DNA of 64,000 bases. It comes from Rhodospirillales bacterium. Lineage in GTDB: Bacteria; Pseudomonadota; Alphaproteobacteria; Acetobacterales; Acetobacteraceae. The notes beneath the pieces were generated by a model, which did not search any database, was not told where the DNA came from, and was given only the letters and a program-made list of their open reading frames with translations. Positions 11,844 through 21,174 of this stretch are shown piece by piece. The first letter of the stretch is position 1; every line of letters starts with the position of its first letter. The stretch is from assembly GCA_018971565.1 (NCBI GenBank), contig JAGXAO010000002.1, forward strand, positions 6,499 through 70,498, given 5' to 3'. A program made the position numbers and the translations under genes.

Positions 11844-12400
11844 TGTCTCCCTTGCGGCGGCGATTACTATTCGGGGTGCCGCTGGCCGTGGCCGTAGCGG
11901 GCGGCGGCGGGTTTTATACCATCCTGCGCCGTATGCAGACGGATGACTACGACCCGCATGCTTTACCATCGCCGCTTATCGGCAACCGCCCGCCCGCTTT
12001 TACCTTGCCTGGGGTGGGTGGCGCGCCGGGTTTTGCCAGCGCCGATCTTCTCGCCCCGCCGAAACCGATGCTGGTGAACTGGTTCGCCTCCTGGTGCGCG
12101 CCCTGCCAGGAGGAAGCGCCGATGCTGCAGAGCCTGGCGGGCCAGGGCATCACCATTTGGGGCATCGCCTATGAGGACCAGCCGGCTAATCTCGCCGCTT
12201 ATCTGCAAAAATACGGAAACCCCTATGCGCGAATCGCCACCGACCAGTCGGGGCTCACCGCGATCAACTGGGGTGTGTATGGCGTGCCGGAGACCTACTT
12301 CATCGATAAATCCGGCATCGTGCGGCTGCGTTATGCCGGGGCGTTGACTGATGAGGTGGTGAAAACCCGGCTTATGCCGTTGTTCAGGCAATATTCATGA
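11843..12400 (+). CDS. ccmG: thiol:disulfide interchange protein DsbE/CcmG
   Basis: TM anchor plus thioredoxin fold with WASWCAPC. TAATG overlap with ccmF. Confidence 0.9.
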   Translation: MSPLRRRLLFGVPLAVAVAGGGGFYTILRRMQTDDYDPHALPSPLIGNRPPAFTLPGVGGAPGFASADLLAPPKPMLVNWFASWCAPCQEEAPMLQSLAGQGITIWGIAYEDQPANLAAYLQKYGNPYARIATDQSGLTAINWGVYGVPETYFIDKSGIVRLRYAGALTDEVVKTRLMPLFRQYS

Positions 12401-12849
12401 GGCTGCCCCGCTTTCTGCTGGCGCTGCTGCTGCTGCCGGGCCTGGCCTTGGCGCAGGATATGGTGATGCGCGACGGCATCACCCTGACCCAGGCGCAAGA
12501 AGCCCGCGCCGAGGCGATCGGCGGCCAGTTGCGCTGCCTTGTCTGCCAGAATGAGAGCATCGAGGAATCTTCAGCGAAGCTCGCCAAACAATTGCGGGTG
12601 ATTATTCGCCAACAGGTGGTGCAAGGCGTGCCGGATAAGCAGATTATGCATTACATGGTGCGGCGTTACGGTATTTTTGTGCTGCTGAAGCCGCCCATCT
12701 TGCCGCTTACCTGGCTGCTTTATGCCTCCCCGGCGCTTGCCCTCACGGCCGGGTTTCTGGCCTTCTGGTTGGGGCGGCACAACCATGTGAAACCCGTTGC
12801 CCCGCTGAACCCGGCCGAGCAGGCCCGCCTGAATGAATTGCTGAAATGA
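12397..12849 (+). CDS. ccmH: cytochrome c-type biogenesis protein CcmH
   Basis: Signal peptide and LRCLVCQNESI (CXXC) motif. ATGA overlap with ccmG. Confidence 0.9.
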   Translation: MRLPRFLLALLLLPGLALAQDMVMRDGITLTQAQEARAEAIGGQLRCLVCQNESIEESSAKLAKQLRVIIRQQVVQGVPDKQIMHYMVRRYGIFVLLKPPILPLTWLLYASPALALTAGFLAFWLGRHNHVKPVAPLNPAEQARLNELLK

Positions 12850-13460
12850 TGCTGATCCTTATGCTGGTGGTGTCACTGGCGCTCTCGTTGCCATTGCTGC
12901 TGGTGTTTTGCCGCAAGCAGAACCTGCCGGAACGCCGGGATGCCTCTGTTGCCCTGCATCGGGCACAGCTTGCTGAGCTTGAGCGGGATTTGGGCGATGG
13001 CCGGATTGGCCGGGATGAATATGCAGCCGCGAAGCTGGAGATTGAGCGCCGGATATTGGCGGCGGACGCACTGCCCGCCCAGCCCAGTGGTGGCAGCGCC
13101 AAACTGTTGCTGATGATGACGCTGATCGCCCTGCCCGTAGGTGGCTTCGCGCTGTATCTGCCCGGGGCAACGCCCGTGCCATCGGAGCCGCATGCGGCCT
13201 GGGCTGCGCAGCAGGCGGTGCAGCAGCAACAGCTTGATAAAATGATCGCCATGCTGCGCGCGCATCTGGCCATGGTAGCCCCAGGCTCCCCCGATGCAAG
13301 CGAAGGCGAGGCATACCTGGCCGAGGCGCTGAGCGAACAGGCCGGGACGATAACGCCCGAGGCGCTTGCGCTGTTTAAACAATCCTTCGCCAGCGCGCCG
13401 GTAAACTCCACCTGGCGGCAACTGGACCAGCAAAGACTGATGCAGGTGCAAGGGCAATAG
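12846..13460 (+). CDS. ccmI: short CcmI/CycH-type cytochrome c biogenesis protein (two-TM CcmI-1 module)
   Basis: TM1, then a charged loop (HRAQLAELERDLGDGRIGRDEYAAAKLEIERRIL), then TM2 and about 100 aa periplasmic tail. ATGA overlap with ccmH. Position is typical for ccmI. Confidence 0.7.
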   Translation: MMLILMLVVSLALSLPLLLVFCRKQNLPERRDASVALHRAQLAELERDLGDGRIGRDEYAAAKLEIERRILAADALPAQPSGGSAKLLLMMTLIALPVGGFALYLPGATPVPSEPHAAWAAQQAVQQQQLDKMIAMLRAHLAMVAPGSPDASEGEAYLAEALSEQAGTITPEALALFKQSFASAPVNSTWRQLDQQRLMQVQGQ

Positions 13461-13504
13461 CCAACCGCCCTTCCCTTGCCGTTTCATCGGCGTAGAGTGC
13501 CGCC

Positions 13505-13657
13505 ATGGACGACAAAATACCCCCCGCCAAGCCGGACTGCCTTGCGACCACAAAGCCGGAGGCACCGAAACCGCCCAAGGAAATTGGGGGCCCAACCGGG
13601 CTGGAGCCGACACGCTACGGGGACTGGGAAAAAAACGGCCGCTGTTCTGATTTCTGA
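13505..13657 (+). CDS. DUF1674 family small protein (SDHAF4/Sdh8-like)
   Basis: 50-aa ORF below the track cutoff: [50 protein letters not shown]. The [20 protein letters not shown] tail is the DUF1674 signature. Confidence 0.7.
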   Translation: MDDKIPPAKPDCLATTKPEAPKPPKEIGGPTGLEPTRYGDWEKNGRCSDF

Positions 13658-13986
13658 TGGCGTACTTGCTCCTTGCCATCGCCATCATCAGCGAGGTTAC
13701 CGCCACCTCCGCCCTGAAATCCTGCGCCGGGTTTACCCGCCTGCTGCCCTCTCTTATTGTGCTGACTGGCTATTGCGTAAGCTTTTTCTCGCTTTCACAG
13801 GTGGTGAAGGTTATCCCCCTTGGTTATGCCTATGCGCTCTGGTGCGGTTTTGGCATCGTGCTGATTGTGGGCGTGGGGTACTTCCATTACCGCCAGCCGG
13901 TGGATTTGCCGGGGTTGTTCGGAATCGGCCTGATAATGGCTGGCATTCTGGTCATTAACCTCTTTTCCCAGATGGCGGTTCGCTAA
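13657..13986 (+). CDS. SMR family multidrug efflux transporter (EmrE/QacE-like)
   Basis: 109 aa with four TMs and a TM1 membrane-embedded Glu (IISEVTATSALK). The start overlaps the DUF1674 stop as TGATG. Confidence 0.85.
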   Translation: MAYLLLAIAIISEVTATSALKSCAGFTRLLPSLIVLTGYCVSFFSLSQVVKVIPLGYAYALWCGFGIVLIVGVGYFHYRQPVDLPGLFGIGLIMAGILVINLFSQMAVR

Positions 13987-13992
13987 ATATGT

Positions 13993-14012
13993 AACGGCGT
14001 ATTTAAGCCGTT
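13993..14012 (+). terminator. weak hairpin after the SMR gene
   Basis: AACGGC-N8-GCCGTT followed by TTCATTT. The stem is only 6 bp. Confidence 0.3.
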
Positions 14013-14108
14013 TTCATTTGTGAAACAGATTAATGCCCCCAAATCATCCAAGATGCCAGCGAAGCCAATCAGTTACGATGGTATCTTCACAAGTTTGGGG
14101 ACAAGATC

Positions 14109-14402
14109 ATGAAATCAGGGATTACGATCGTCGGGATTATTATCATCGCGATTGCGGTATTTTTCATCGTGCCGATGGCCGGTGGCGGCAGCGCCAATGT
14201 TTGCCAGGCGCTGGAAAAACATAATGTAAGCAATGCCGCCGCGAACATAACGGGCACTAATAACGGGCCGGTACATAATGTCATCAACTCCGTTGGCCAA
14301 TCCATGGCGACAGGCAACGTCGCGGCACAGTCGGAAGCCGCCGCGCACCCGGATACGCCGACAGCGGTGAGTTGCGCGGCCTCGTACTGGAAGTCGCTGT
14401 AA
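14109..14402 (+). CDS. hypothetical small membrane-anchored protein
   Basis: 97 aa with N-terminal TM (ITIVGIIIIAIAVFFIV) and an A/N/S/T-rich tail with two Cys. I recognise no family. Local GC is lower than the surroundings. Confidence 0.4.
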   Translation: MKSGITIVGIIIIAIAVFFIVPMAGGGSANVCQALEKHNVSNAAANITGTNNGPVHNVINSVGQSMATGNVAAQSEAAAHPDTPTAVSCAASYWKSL

Positions 14403-14432
14403 GCCGCTCCTTCCCGGCAGATCATCAGGCCA

Positions 14433-17400
14433 TCAGGCGGCCTGCTTGGCAATGCTGGCGAGGTTGCCGAGCAGATCCCGCGCGAAGGCCATGCGGGCGG
14501 CTACATCCATGTCCCGCACCAAGGACAGTTTCTGGTCTGGGCGAAGCTTAACAAGGCCACCTTTGGTGCCGATCCATTTTATCAACCCTGCGGGGTTGGC
14601 GAAGTCGTTCTTGCGGAAGCTTACCACCATGCCCTTCGGCCCGGCATCCAGCTTGTCGACATTCGCCTCCCGGCAGGCACGTTTGAGCGCCACGACGGAG
14701 AGGAGATTTTCCACCTCCTCGGGGATGGCGCCAAAACGGTCCACCAGTTCGGCGGCCAGCGCCTCGCTCTCGGCATCTGAGGCAAGCGCACTGATACGCC
14801 GGTAGAGGCCAAGCCGCACCGGAAGGTCCGCCACATAGGCCTCGGGGATGAGCACCGGCAGACCGAGATTGATGTTGGGTGTCCAGTCCCGCTCCACCTT
14901 CTGGGCCTGCTGGTTCTGGGCGCGCAGATCATTCACCGCGTCCTCCAGCATCTGCTGGTAAAGCTCGATGCCGACCTCGCGGATATGGCCGGATTGCTCG
15001 TTGCCGAGCAGGTTGCCCGCACCGCGCAGATCGAGATCGTGGCTGGCAAGGGTGAAGCCAGCCCCTAGTGTATCCAACGTGTTCATCACCTCCAGCCGTT
15101 TTTCGGATGCGGCGGAAAGCCGGTGATGCGGCGGCCATGTGAGATAGGCATAGCCGCGCTGCTTGCCGCGCCCCACGCGGCCGCGAAGCTGGTAGAGGCC
15201 CGCGAGGCCGAACATGTCCGCCCGGTAGATGATGAGCGTGTTCACCGCCGGCATATCCAGGCCGGATTCCACGATATTGGTGGCGAGCAGCACGTCGTAT
15301 TTGCCCTCGCCGAACTCGGTCATCACCCGTTCCAGCTCGGTGGGGGCCAGGCGGCCATGGGCCATCACGGTGCGGATGTCCGGCACGATCTCGCGCAGGC
15401 GGGCGGCCATGGGATCGAGGTCTTCAATGCGCGGCACCACGCAGAAAATCTGTCCGCCACGGAATTTCTCGCGGGCGATCGCTTCTTTGATCACCAGGCT
15501 GTCGAACGGCATGATGAAGGTGCGTACCGCGAGGCGATCCACCGGCGGGGTGGTGATGAGGGAGAGGTCGCGTACGCCCGTTAACGCCAGTTGCAAGGTG
15601 CGGGGGATGGGTGTGGCGGTAAGGGTGAGCACGTGCACATCGGCTTTGAGCTCTTTCAGCCGCTCTTTATGCTTCACGCCGAAATGCTGCTCCTCATCCA
15701 CGATCAGCAGGCTGAGATCAGAGAAGGAAATACCCTGCGCCATGATGGCATGGGTGCCGACGACGATACTCACCGAGCCGTCCGCGAGGCCAGCCTTTAC
15801 CTGCGCCGCCTCCTTGGCGGTGACGAGGCGGGAGAGCTGTGCCACCTTCACCGGCAGCCCGGCGAAACGAGCAGAAAACACGCGGAAATGCTGGCGGGCC
15901 AGCAAGGTGGTGGGCACCACCACCGCCACCTGCGTGCCCGCCATGGCGGCAACGAAGGCGGCGCGCAAGGCCACCTCGGTTTTGCCGAAGCCGACATCGC
16001 CGCAGATGAGACGGTCCATCGGGCGGCCGGCGGCGAAATCCTCAATCACGTCGGCAATGGCCTTTGCCTGATCCTCGGTCTCGGTATAGGGGAAGCGGGC
16101 GCAGAATTCGGCGAAAGCACCGTCATCGGCGGCGAGCAGCGGGGCCTCGCGCATCTGGCGCTCAGCGGCCAGACGGATGAGACCGGCGGCCATGTCCTGA
16201 ATGCGGTTTTTGGCCTTGGCCTTGCGGGCCTGCCAGGAGGCACCGCCCAATTTGTCCAGCGCTACGCCATCGCCTTCCTGGCCGAAGCGGGAAAGCAGAT
16301 CGATATTCTCGACGGGGAGGAACAATTTGTCCCCGCCGTCATAGATCAGCTTCAGGCAGTCATGCGCGGCGCCGGTGACCGTCACGGTCTCCAGCCCTTC
16401 GTAACGGCCGATGCCATGGTCCTGATGCACGACCAGATCTCCCGCCTCGATCTCGGTGGCGTCGGCGATGAACTGGTCGGCCCGTTTTTTGCGCTTGGGC
16501 GGGCGAGCGATGCGAGAGCCGAGCAGATCCTGCTCCGCCACCACGGCCAGACGGTCGGTCAGGAAGCCACGCTCCAGCGGCAGCACGGCAAGTGCTATGG
16601 TGCCGGGGGGCAAGGCGCGGGCTTCATCCGCCGAGGCGATGGGCCGCGCGGGGGAAATGCCATGCTCCTTGAGCATCAAGGTCAGGCGCTCGCGGGAACC
16701 GAAGCTCCAGGCGGCGAGGATGATGGTGCGGCCGGAACTGGCCCATTTGCCTTTCAGCTCGCCGAAGGTCTCAAACGCGGCGATGCTCTGGCCGGTCAGG
16801 ATCGGCGCCGGACGCCCGCCGATTTCGACGCCTTGCGCCGCTCCTTCAGGCTTGGTGAAGGGAGAGAAGCTGAAGCAGGGCCCTTTTGCCAGGGCGGCAT
16901 CCCAGCCTTGCCGGTCAAGATACAGCATGCCGGGCGGGATCGGCCGGTAGACCGGCTCTCCGGCGCGGGGTGGCAGGCGGCGCTCGGCATAATGGTCGGC
17001 TATGAGTTCCAGCCGCGCCTCAATAGCGGCTTCAGCCTGATGGTCCAGGCTGATGGAGGCATTGGGCACGTAATCGAAAATCGTCTCCATGCTCTCGGTG
17101 AAGAGCGGCAGATAATGCTCAGCCCCAGGGTGGCGGCGGCCTTCGGAGATGGAGACGTAAAGCGGCTCCTCAACAGCTTTGGCGCCGAACAGCTCGCGCC
17201 AATTGGTGCGGAAACGGGCGGTGGAGGCTGTATCCAGAGGTAATTCCGAGGCCGGGTGAAAATCCAGCCGCGGCAGCGGTTCGCCGGAGCGCTGGGTCTC
17301 GGGGTTGAAATGGCGCAGACTCTCAATCTCGTCCCCAAACATGTCTATACGCACGGGCTGGCTGGCGCCGGCGGGGAAAACATCGAGGATGCCGCCACGC

Positions 17401-17855
17401 AAGCTGAACTCACCGGCATCCATCACGATGCCGGTGCGCCTGTAACCGTCGGCCTCCAGGAAGGCGGCGACATCCGGCAAAGACACACTCTCGCCCTTGG
17501 CGAGGCTCAGGCCCGCCCCGGCAAGGGCGGAACGCGGACCGACCTTCTGCAAGGCGGCGTTGACGGTGGTGAGGATGATGCGCTTCTTGCCTGGCTCCGC
17601 CTGCAGGCGGCTGAGTGCTGAGATACGTTCGGCTACCAGGGCCCCGTTGGGGGAAACACGGTCGTAGGGCAGGCAGTCCCAGGCGGGAAAAGAAATCACC
17701 TCGATCTCCGGGCCGAAGAAGGCGATTTCCTCAGCAAGTGCTGCGAGGCGCGTATCGTCCCGCGTAATGTGCAGCACCGGGCCGCCATGCTCGCCCAGGC
17801 GGCGCACCAGCACCAGCGCATCCACGCCCTCCGGCGCGCCGTAAATCGGGATCAT
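14433..17855 (-). CDS. mfd: transcription-repair coupling factor Mfd
   Basis: 1140 aa. UvrB-homology N-terminus, RNAP-interacting domain, SF2 motor (GDVGFGKTEVA, DEEQHFGV, LTLTATPIPRTL) and TRCF C-terminal domain. Confidence 0.97.
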   Translation of the reverse strand: MIPIYGAPEGVDALVLVRRLGEHGGPVLHITRDDTRLAALAEEIAFFGPEIEVISFPAWDCLPYDRVSPNGALVAERISALSRLQAEPGKKRIILTTVNAALQKVGPRSALAGAGLSLAKGESVSLPDVAAFLEADGYRRTGIVMDAGEFSLRGGILDVFPAGASQPVRIDMFGDEIESLRHFNPETQRSGEPLPRLDFHPASELPLDTASTARFRTNWRELFGAKAVEEPLYVSISEGRRHPGAEHYLPLFTESMETIFDYVPNASISLDHQAEAAIEARLELIADHYAERRLPPRAGEPVYRPIPPGMLYLDRQGWDAALAKGPCFSFSPFTKPEGAAQGVEIGGRPAPILTGQSIAAFETFGELKGKWASSGRTIILAAWSFGSRERLTLMLKEHGISPARPIASADEARALPPGTIALAVLPLERGFLTDRLAVVAEQDLLGSRIARPPKRKKRADQFIADATEIEAGDLVVHQDHGIGRYEGLETVTVTGAAHDCLKLIYDGGDKLFLPVENIDLLSRFGQEGDGVALDKLGGASWQARKAKAKNRIQDMAAGLIRLAAERQMREAPLLAADDGAFAEFCARFPYTETEDQAKAIADVIEDFAAGRPMDRLICGDVGFGKTEVALRAAFVAAMAGTQVAVVVPTTLLARQHFRVFSARFAGLPVKVAQLSRLVTAKEAAQVKAGLADGSVSIVVGTHAIMAQGISFSDLSLLIVDEEQHFGVKHKERLKELKADVHVLTLTATPIPRTLQLALTGVRDLSLITTPPVDRLAVRTFIMPFDSLVIKEAIAREKFRGGQIFCVVPRIEDLDPMAARLREIVPDIRTVMAHGRLAPTELERVMTEFGEGKYDVLLATNIVESGLDMPAVNTLIIYRADMFGLAGLYQLRGRVGRGKQRGYAYLTWPPHHRLSAASEKRLEVMNTLDTLGAGFTLASHDLDLRGAGNLLGNEQSGHIREVGIELYQQMLEDAVNDLRAQNQQAQKVERDWTPNINLGLPVLIPEAYVADLPVRLGLYRRISALASDAESEALAAELVDRFGAIPEEVENLLSVVALKRACREANVDKLDAGPKGMVVSFRKNDFANPAGLIKWIGTKGGLVKLRPDQKLSLVRDMDVAARMAFARDLLGNLASIAKQAA

Positions 17856-18145
17856 ATCTGGCCGCCGCTATGGCGTGCCAAAGCCGCCTCGCGGATGCGC
17901 CGCAGCATCCGGCTGTCAGCATAAGCGGGGATTGGCTTGCGGCCGGTCAGCCAATCCGCCAGCTCGGCGTCGGGGAATTCCATCACTGTTTCTATCTCGT
18001 CCAGTTCCTGTTCGGACATGGCAGCGAGTCGTTCCCGCACAAAGCCGCCGATCATAAGGTCATTCTCGTAAGTGCCGCGATGGTTCGCGCGGTAGAGCAG
18101 CCGTTTACGGCGCGTATCCAGGGGCGCGTTGTGATCTTCGGTCAT
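17852..18145 (-). CDS. sdhE: FAD assembly factor SdhE (DUF339)
   Basis: RRKRLLYRANHRGTYENDLMIGGF contains the conserved RGxxE motif. Start set at MTEDHN (ATG 18145). The stop overlaps the mfd start as ATGA. Confidence 0.85.
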   Translation of the reverse strand: MTEDHNAPLDTRRKRLLYRANHRGTYENDLMIGGFVRERLAAMSEQELDEIETVMEFPDAELADWLTGRKPIPAYADSRMLRRIREAALARHSGGQI

Positions 18146-18188
18146 AACGGGTTGCGGTATAGGTTGGGTTTGGCCAAGAGTTAAGCCC

Positions 18189-20243
18189 GTGACCGCTGAA
18201 ATTTTACTGCCTTTGCGGGCCCCGCTTTCCACCCTGCCCGGCCTTGGTGCCAGGCTTTCCACGCTTATGGGCAAGTTGGTGGGCGGAGAGAGCGTGTGCG
18301 ATGTGCTGTTTCATCTTCCCATCGAGTTCATCGACCGGCGGATGACGCCAAAACTTTCCGAGGCACGGCCCGGGCAGGTGGCAACATTGCGGGTGGAGGT
18401 GCTGCGCCACGAGGACCCCGCCCGGAAAGGCCAGCCTTGGCGGGTGGTGATTACCGATGGCTCCGGCTTTGCCGAGATTGTGCTGTTTCATGCCGCGCGG
18501 CTTTCGCAATTTTCGGTGGGGGCGCGGTTGATTATCGCGGGCAAGCTGGAGAGATTTCAGGACCGGCTGATGATGGCGCACCCGGACCAGGTGATGAGCA
18601 TAGCGCAGGAAAAAGAATTTCCGTGGATAGAACCCATATGGCCGTTGGCGGCGGGCATTACGCCGCGCACCATGCGTAAGGCGGCCGTGGGAGCGCTTGC
18701 ACGGCTGCCAGAATTTCCCGAGTGGCAGGATAGGAGCATTCTGGCCAAGCGCGGCTGGCCTGGCTTTGGCCCGGCTCTGCGGGCGTTGCACAAGCCAGCC
18801 GAAGTGCCAGATGAAAAACCCCGGGAACGGCTGGCCTATGATGAACTGCTGGCGCGGCAGATTGCCTTTGCCCTGGTGCGCGGGCGCAGGCGCCGCCAAC
18901 CGGGCCGGGAAATGGCAGGCGACGGGCGGCTGCGGGCCGTGGCATTGAAAAAATTCGGGTTTGAACCGACCGCCGGGCAGTTGCGGGCGCTGGCGGAGAT
19001 TGACGCGGACATGGCCGCCCCGCACCGCATGCGCCGGCTGCTGCAAGGGGATGTGGGCTCCGGCAAAACGCTGGTGGCGCTGATGGCCTGCCTGCGCGCG
19101 GTGGAAGCCGGGGCACAGGCGGCGGTGATGGCACCGACGGAGATTCTGGCGCAGCAGCATTTTGCCACTTTCAAGCGGCTTTCACCGGTGCCGGTGGCAC
19201 TGCTGACCGGCGGCGTGAAGGGAACGGCACGGCGTGAGATTCTGGCAGGCACAAAAAATGGATCAATTTCGATTCTTATAGGAACCCACGCAATTTTTCA
19301 AAAAGACGTGGTATTTTTTGATTTAGGCCTGGCCGTAATTGACGAGCAGCATAAATTTGGGGTGGACCAGCGCCTGGCGCTAGGGGCAAAGGGCGAAATG
19401 CTGGATTTGCTGGTGATGACCGCCACCCCCATTCCACGCACGTTGCTGCTGACCCATTGGGCGGAGATGGATGTCTCCCGCATCACCGAAAAACCGAAGG
19501 GACGCCAGGCGGTTACCACGACGATGCATCGTGTTTCTGACCTGCCGAAGGTAGAGGAAGCGATTGCGCGGGCAATGGCGGCGGGCGGCAGAGTCTATTG
19601 GGTTTGCCCGCTGGTTTCTGAATCCGAGACGCTGGATATTACTGCCACGGAGGTACGCTTTGCCGAGTTGCAGCGCAAATTTGGCGCGGCAGTGACGATG
19701 GCGCATGGGCAAATGGAAGGTGCTGCGCGGGATGCCGCGCTTAGGGAGTTTGCAGCGGGGGGCAAGCAAATCCTTGTCGCCACCACCGTGATCGAGGTGG
19801 GGGTTGATGTGCCGGAAGCCAATGTGATGGTGATTGAACATGCGGAGCGGTTTGGGTTGGCGCAGTTGCACCAGCTACGCGGACGCGTGGGGCGGGGGGC
19901 GGCGAAGAGTTTCTGCCTGCTGCTGCATGATGACAAGCTAGGCCAAACAGCGCGCAAGCGGCTTTCTATTTTACGCGATACCGAAGACGGATTTCTGATT
20001 TCCGATGAGGATTTCCGGCTGCGCGGCGCGGGAGAATTTCTTGGCACGAAGCAATCCGGCCTGCCCGGCTACAGGCTGGCAGATGCGGAAAAGGACGAAG
20101 AGTTGCTGGTAATGGCGCGGCAGGATGCGGTGATGACATTGCAGCGCGACCCCAGGCTGGAACATGAGCGCGGGCAAGCTTTGAGAATTTTGCTCAATTT
20201 GTTCGAACAACGCGATGCGATCTCAACCGTGAATGCAGGATAA
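18189..20243 (+). CDS. recG: ATP-dependent DNA helicase RecG
   Basis: 684 aa. Wedge domain plus SF2 helicase motifs GDVGSGKT, DEQHKFGV, MTATPIPRTL, QLRGRVGRG. GTG start. Confidence 0.97.
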   Translation: MTAEILLPLRAPLSTLPGLGARLSTLMGKLVGGESVCDVLFHLPIEFIDRRMTPKLSEARPGQVATLRVEVLRHEDPARKGQPWRVVITDGSGFAEIVLFHAARLSQFSVGARLIIAGKLERFQDRLMMAHPDQVMSIAQEKEFPWIEPIWPLAAGITPRTMRKAAVGALARLPEFPEWQDRSILAKRGWPGFGPALRALHKPAEVPDEKPRERLAYDELLARQIAFALVRGRRRRQPGREMAGDGRLRAVALKKFGFEPTAGQLRALAEIDADMAAPHRMRRLLQGDVGSGKTLVALMACLRAVEAGAQAAVMAPTEILAQQHFATFKRLSPVPVALLTGGVKGTARREILAGTKNGSISILIGTHAIFQKDVVFFDLGLAVIDEQHKFGVDQRLALGAKGEMLDLLVMTATPIPRTLLLTHWAEMDVSRITEKPKGRQAVTTTMHRVSDLPKVEEAIARAMAAGGRVYWVCPLVSESETLDITATEVRFAELQRKFGAAVTMAHGQMEGAARDAALREFAAGGKQILVATTVIEVGVDVPEANVMVIEHAERFGLAQLHQLRGRVGRGAAKSFCLLLHDDKLGQTARKRLSILRDTEDGFLISDEDFRLRGAGEFLGTKQSGLPGYRLADAEKDEELLVMARQDAVMTLQRDPRLEHERGQALRILLNLFEQRDAISTVNAG

Positions 20244-20250
20244 AGCCAGA

Positions 20251-20673
20251 ATGTCTTCCTACCCCACTGCGCCGAAAGTTGGCATTGGCATTGTGCTGAT
20301 CAGAAACGACGAGGTGTTGCTTGTACGCCGGGGCAAACCGCCGGGTGCGGGCACGTGGTCTTTGCCTGGCGGAAAACAGGAGCTTGGCGAAGCGGCGGAA
20401 GATACGGCGCGGCGGGAATTGCGGGAAGAAACCGGGCTGGAATGCGGAGAACTGGTGCTGGCCGGGCATGCTGATTCCATCCACCGCGATGTGGATGGAA
20501 AAATTGAGTTTCATTACACCATCCTGGATTTTGCGGCGCGCTATGTAGGTGGCGAAGCCATAGCGGGAGACGATGTGCGGGAGGTGGCATGGGCGAATAG
20601 GGCGGATTTCGACCATTATGCGCTCACCCCCGAAGCGCGGCGGATGATCGAAACCGCATTTCGACTTGTTTAA
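20251..20673 (+). CDS. NUDIX hydrolase
   Basis: Nudix box GGKQELGEAAEDTARRELREETG. Start set at the internal ATG (MSSYPT) downstream of the recG stop. Confidence 0.85.
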   Translation: MSSYPTAPKVGIGIVLIRNDEVLLVRRGKPPGAGTWSLPGGKQELGEAAEDTARRELREETGLECGELVLAGHADSIHRDVDGKIEFHYTILDFAARYVGGEAIAGDDVREVAWANRADFDHYALTPEARRMIETAFRLV

Positions 20674-21152
20674 AGCAGTTTTTCGATGGCACGCAGCACC
20701 CGCGCGGCTTCGGGTTTGGTGGCGGAGATGAAGAAATCCTGCAACGCGCCATCCTTGCCGATAAGGTATTTGTAAAAATTCCAGCGCGGCCGCGCGAGAA
20801 AACCTTTTTCAGCCACCACCCAGCGGAAGAATGGATGCGCGCCCTCCCCTATGGCATGTTCCTTGGCCATCATCGGAAAGCCGACGCCGTAATTCATCTG
20901 GCAGAACTGGCCGATTTCTTCGGCGTTGCCGGGCTCCTGGCCACCAAAATCGTTACAAGGCACCCCCAACACCATCAGGCCGCGCGGGCTGTAAGTCTCC
21001 CAAAGCTTCTGCAATCCAGCATATTGCGGCGTGAAGCCGCATTTGCTCGCGGTATTTACCACTAGTACAGGTTTTCCGGCCAGGGCGCTGAGCGGATATG
21101 CCTCGCCGGACAAGGCTTTGAACGAAAATTCATGTACGCTGGCCATTTTCAC
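20670..21152 (-). CDS. glutathione peroxidase
   Basis: VNTASKCGFTPQY active-site block and LGVPCNDFGGQEPG block of the GPx family. Confidence 0.9.
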   Translation of the reverse strand: MKMASVHEFSFKALSGEAYPLSALAGKPVLVVNTASKCGFTPQYAGLQKLWETYSPRGLMVLGVPCNDFGGQEPGNAEEIGQFCQMNYGVGFPMMAKEHAIGEGAHPFFRWVVAEKGFLARPRWNFYKYLIGKDGALQDFFISATKPEAARVLRAIEKLL

Positions 21153-21174
21153 TCCTGGTAACTAAAAACCTGTC

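Noticed and set aside
15591-17243. 550-aa plus-strand ORF, and neighbours 15229..16071 and 15123..15584
   Set aside because: Antisense shadow ORFs inside mfd, with low-complexity G/A/R/H composition and no motifs.
18204-19160. 318-aa minus-strand ORF. Similar cases are 58038..59048 (336 aa), 4391..5269 (292 aa), 54514..55425 (303 aa), 28022..28801 (259 aa) and 10178..11053 (291 aa).
   Set aside because: All are antisense or out-of-frame overlaps of recG, gltX, katG, the Wzc-like gene, merR/ihfA and ccmF respectively. Their compositions are Arg/Gly/His/Pro-rich and motif-free.
20670-20673. Convergent genes sharing their stop codons within a TTAA tetranucleotide (NUDIX/gpx here, acyltransferase/Wzc-like at 53659-53662)
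   Set aside because: This is a consequence of TAA stops on both strands in a compact genome. There is no structure or extra signal, so it is a curiosity only.
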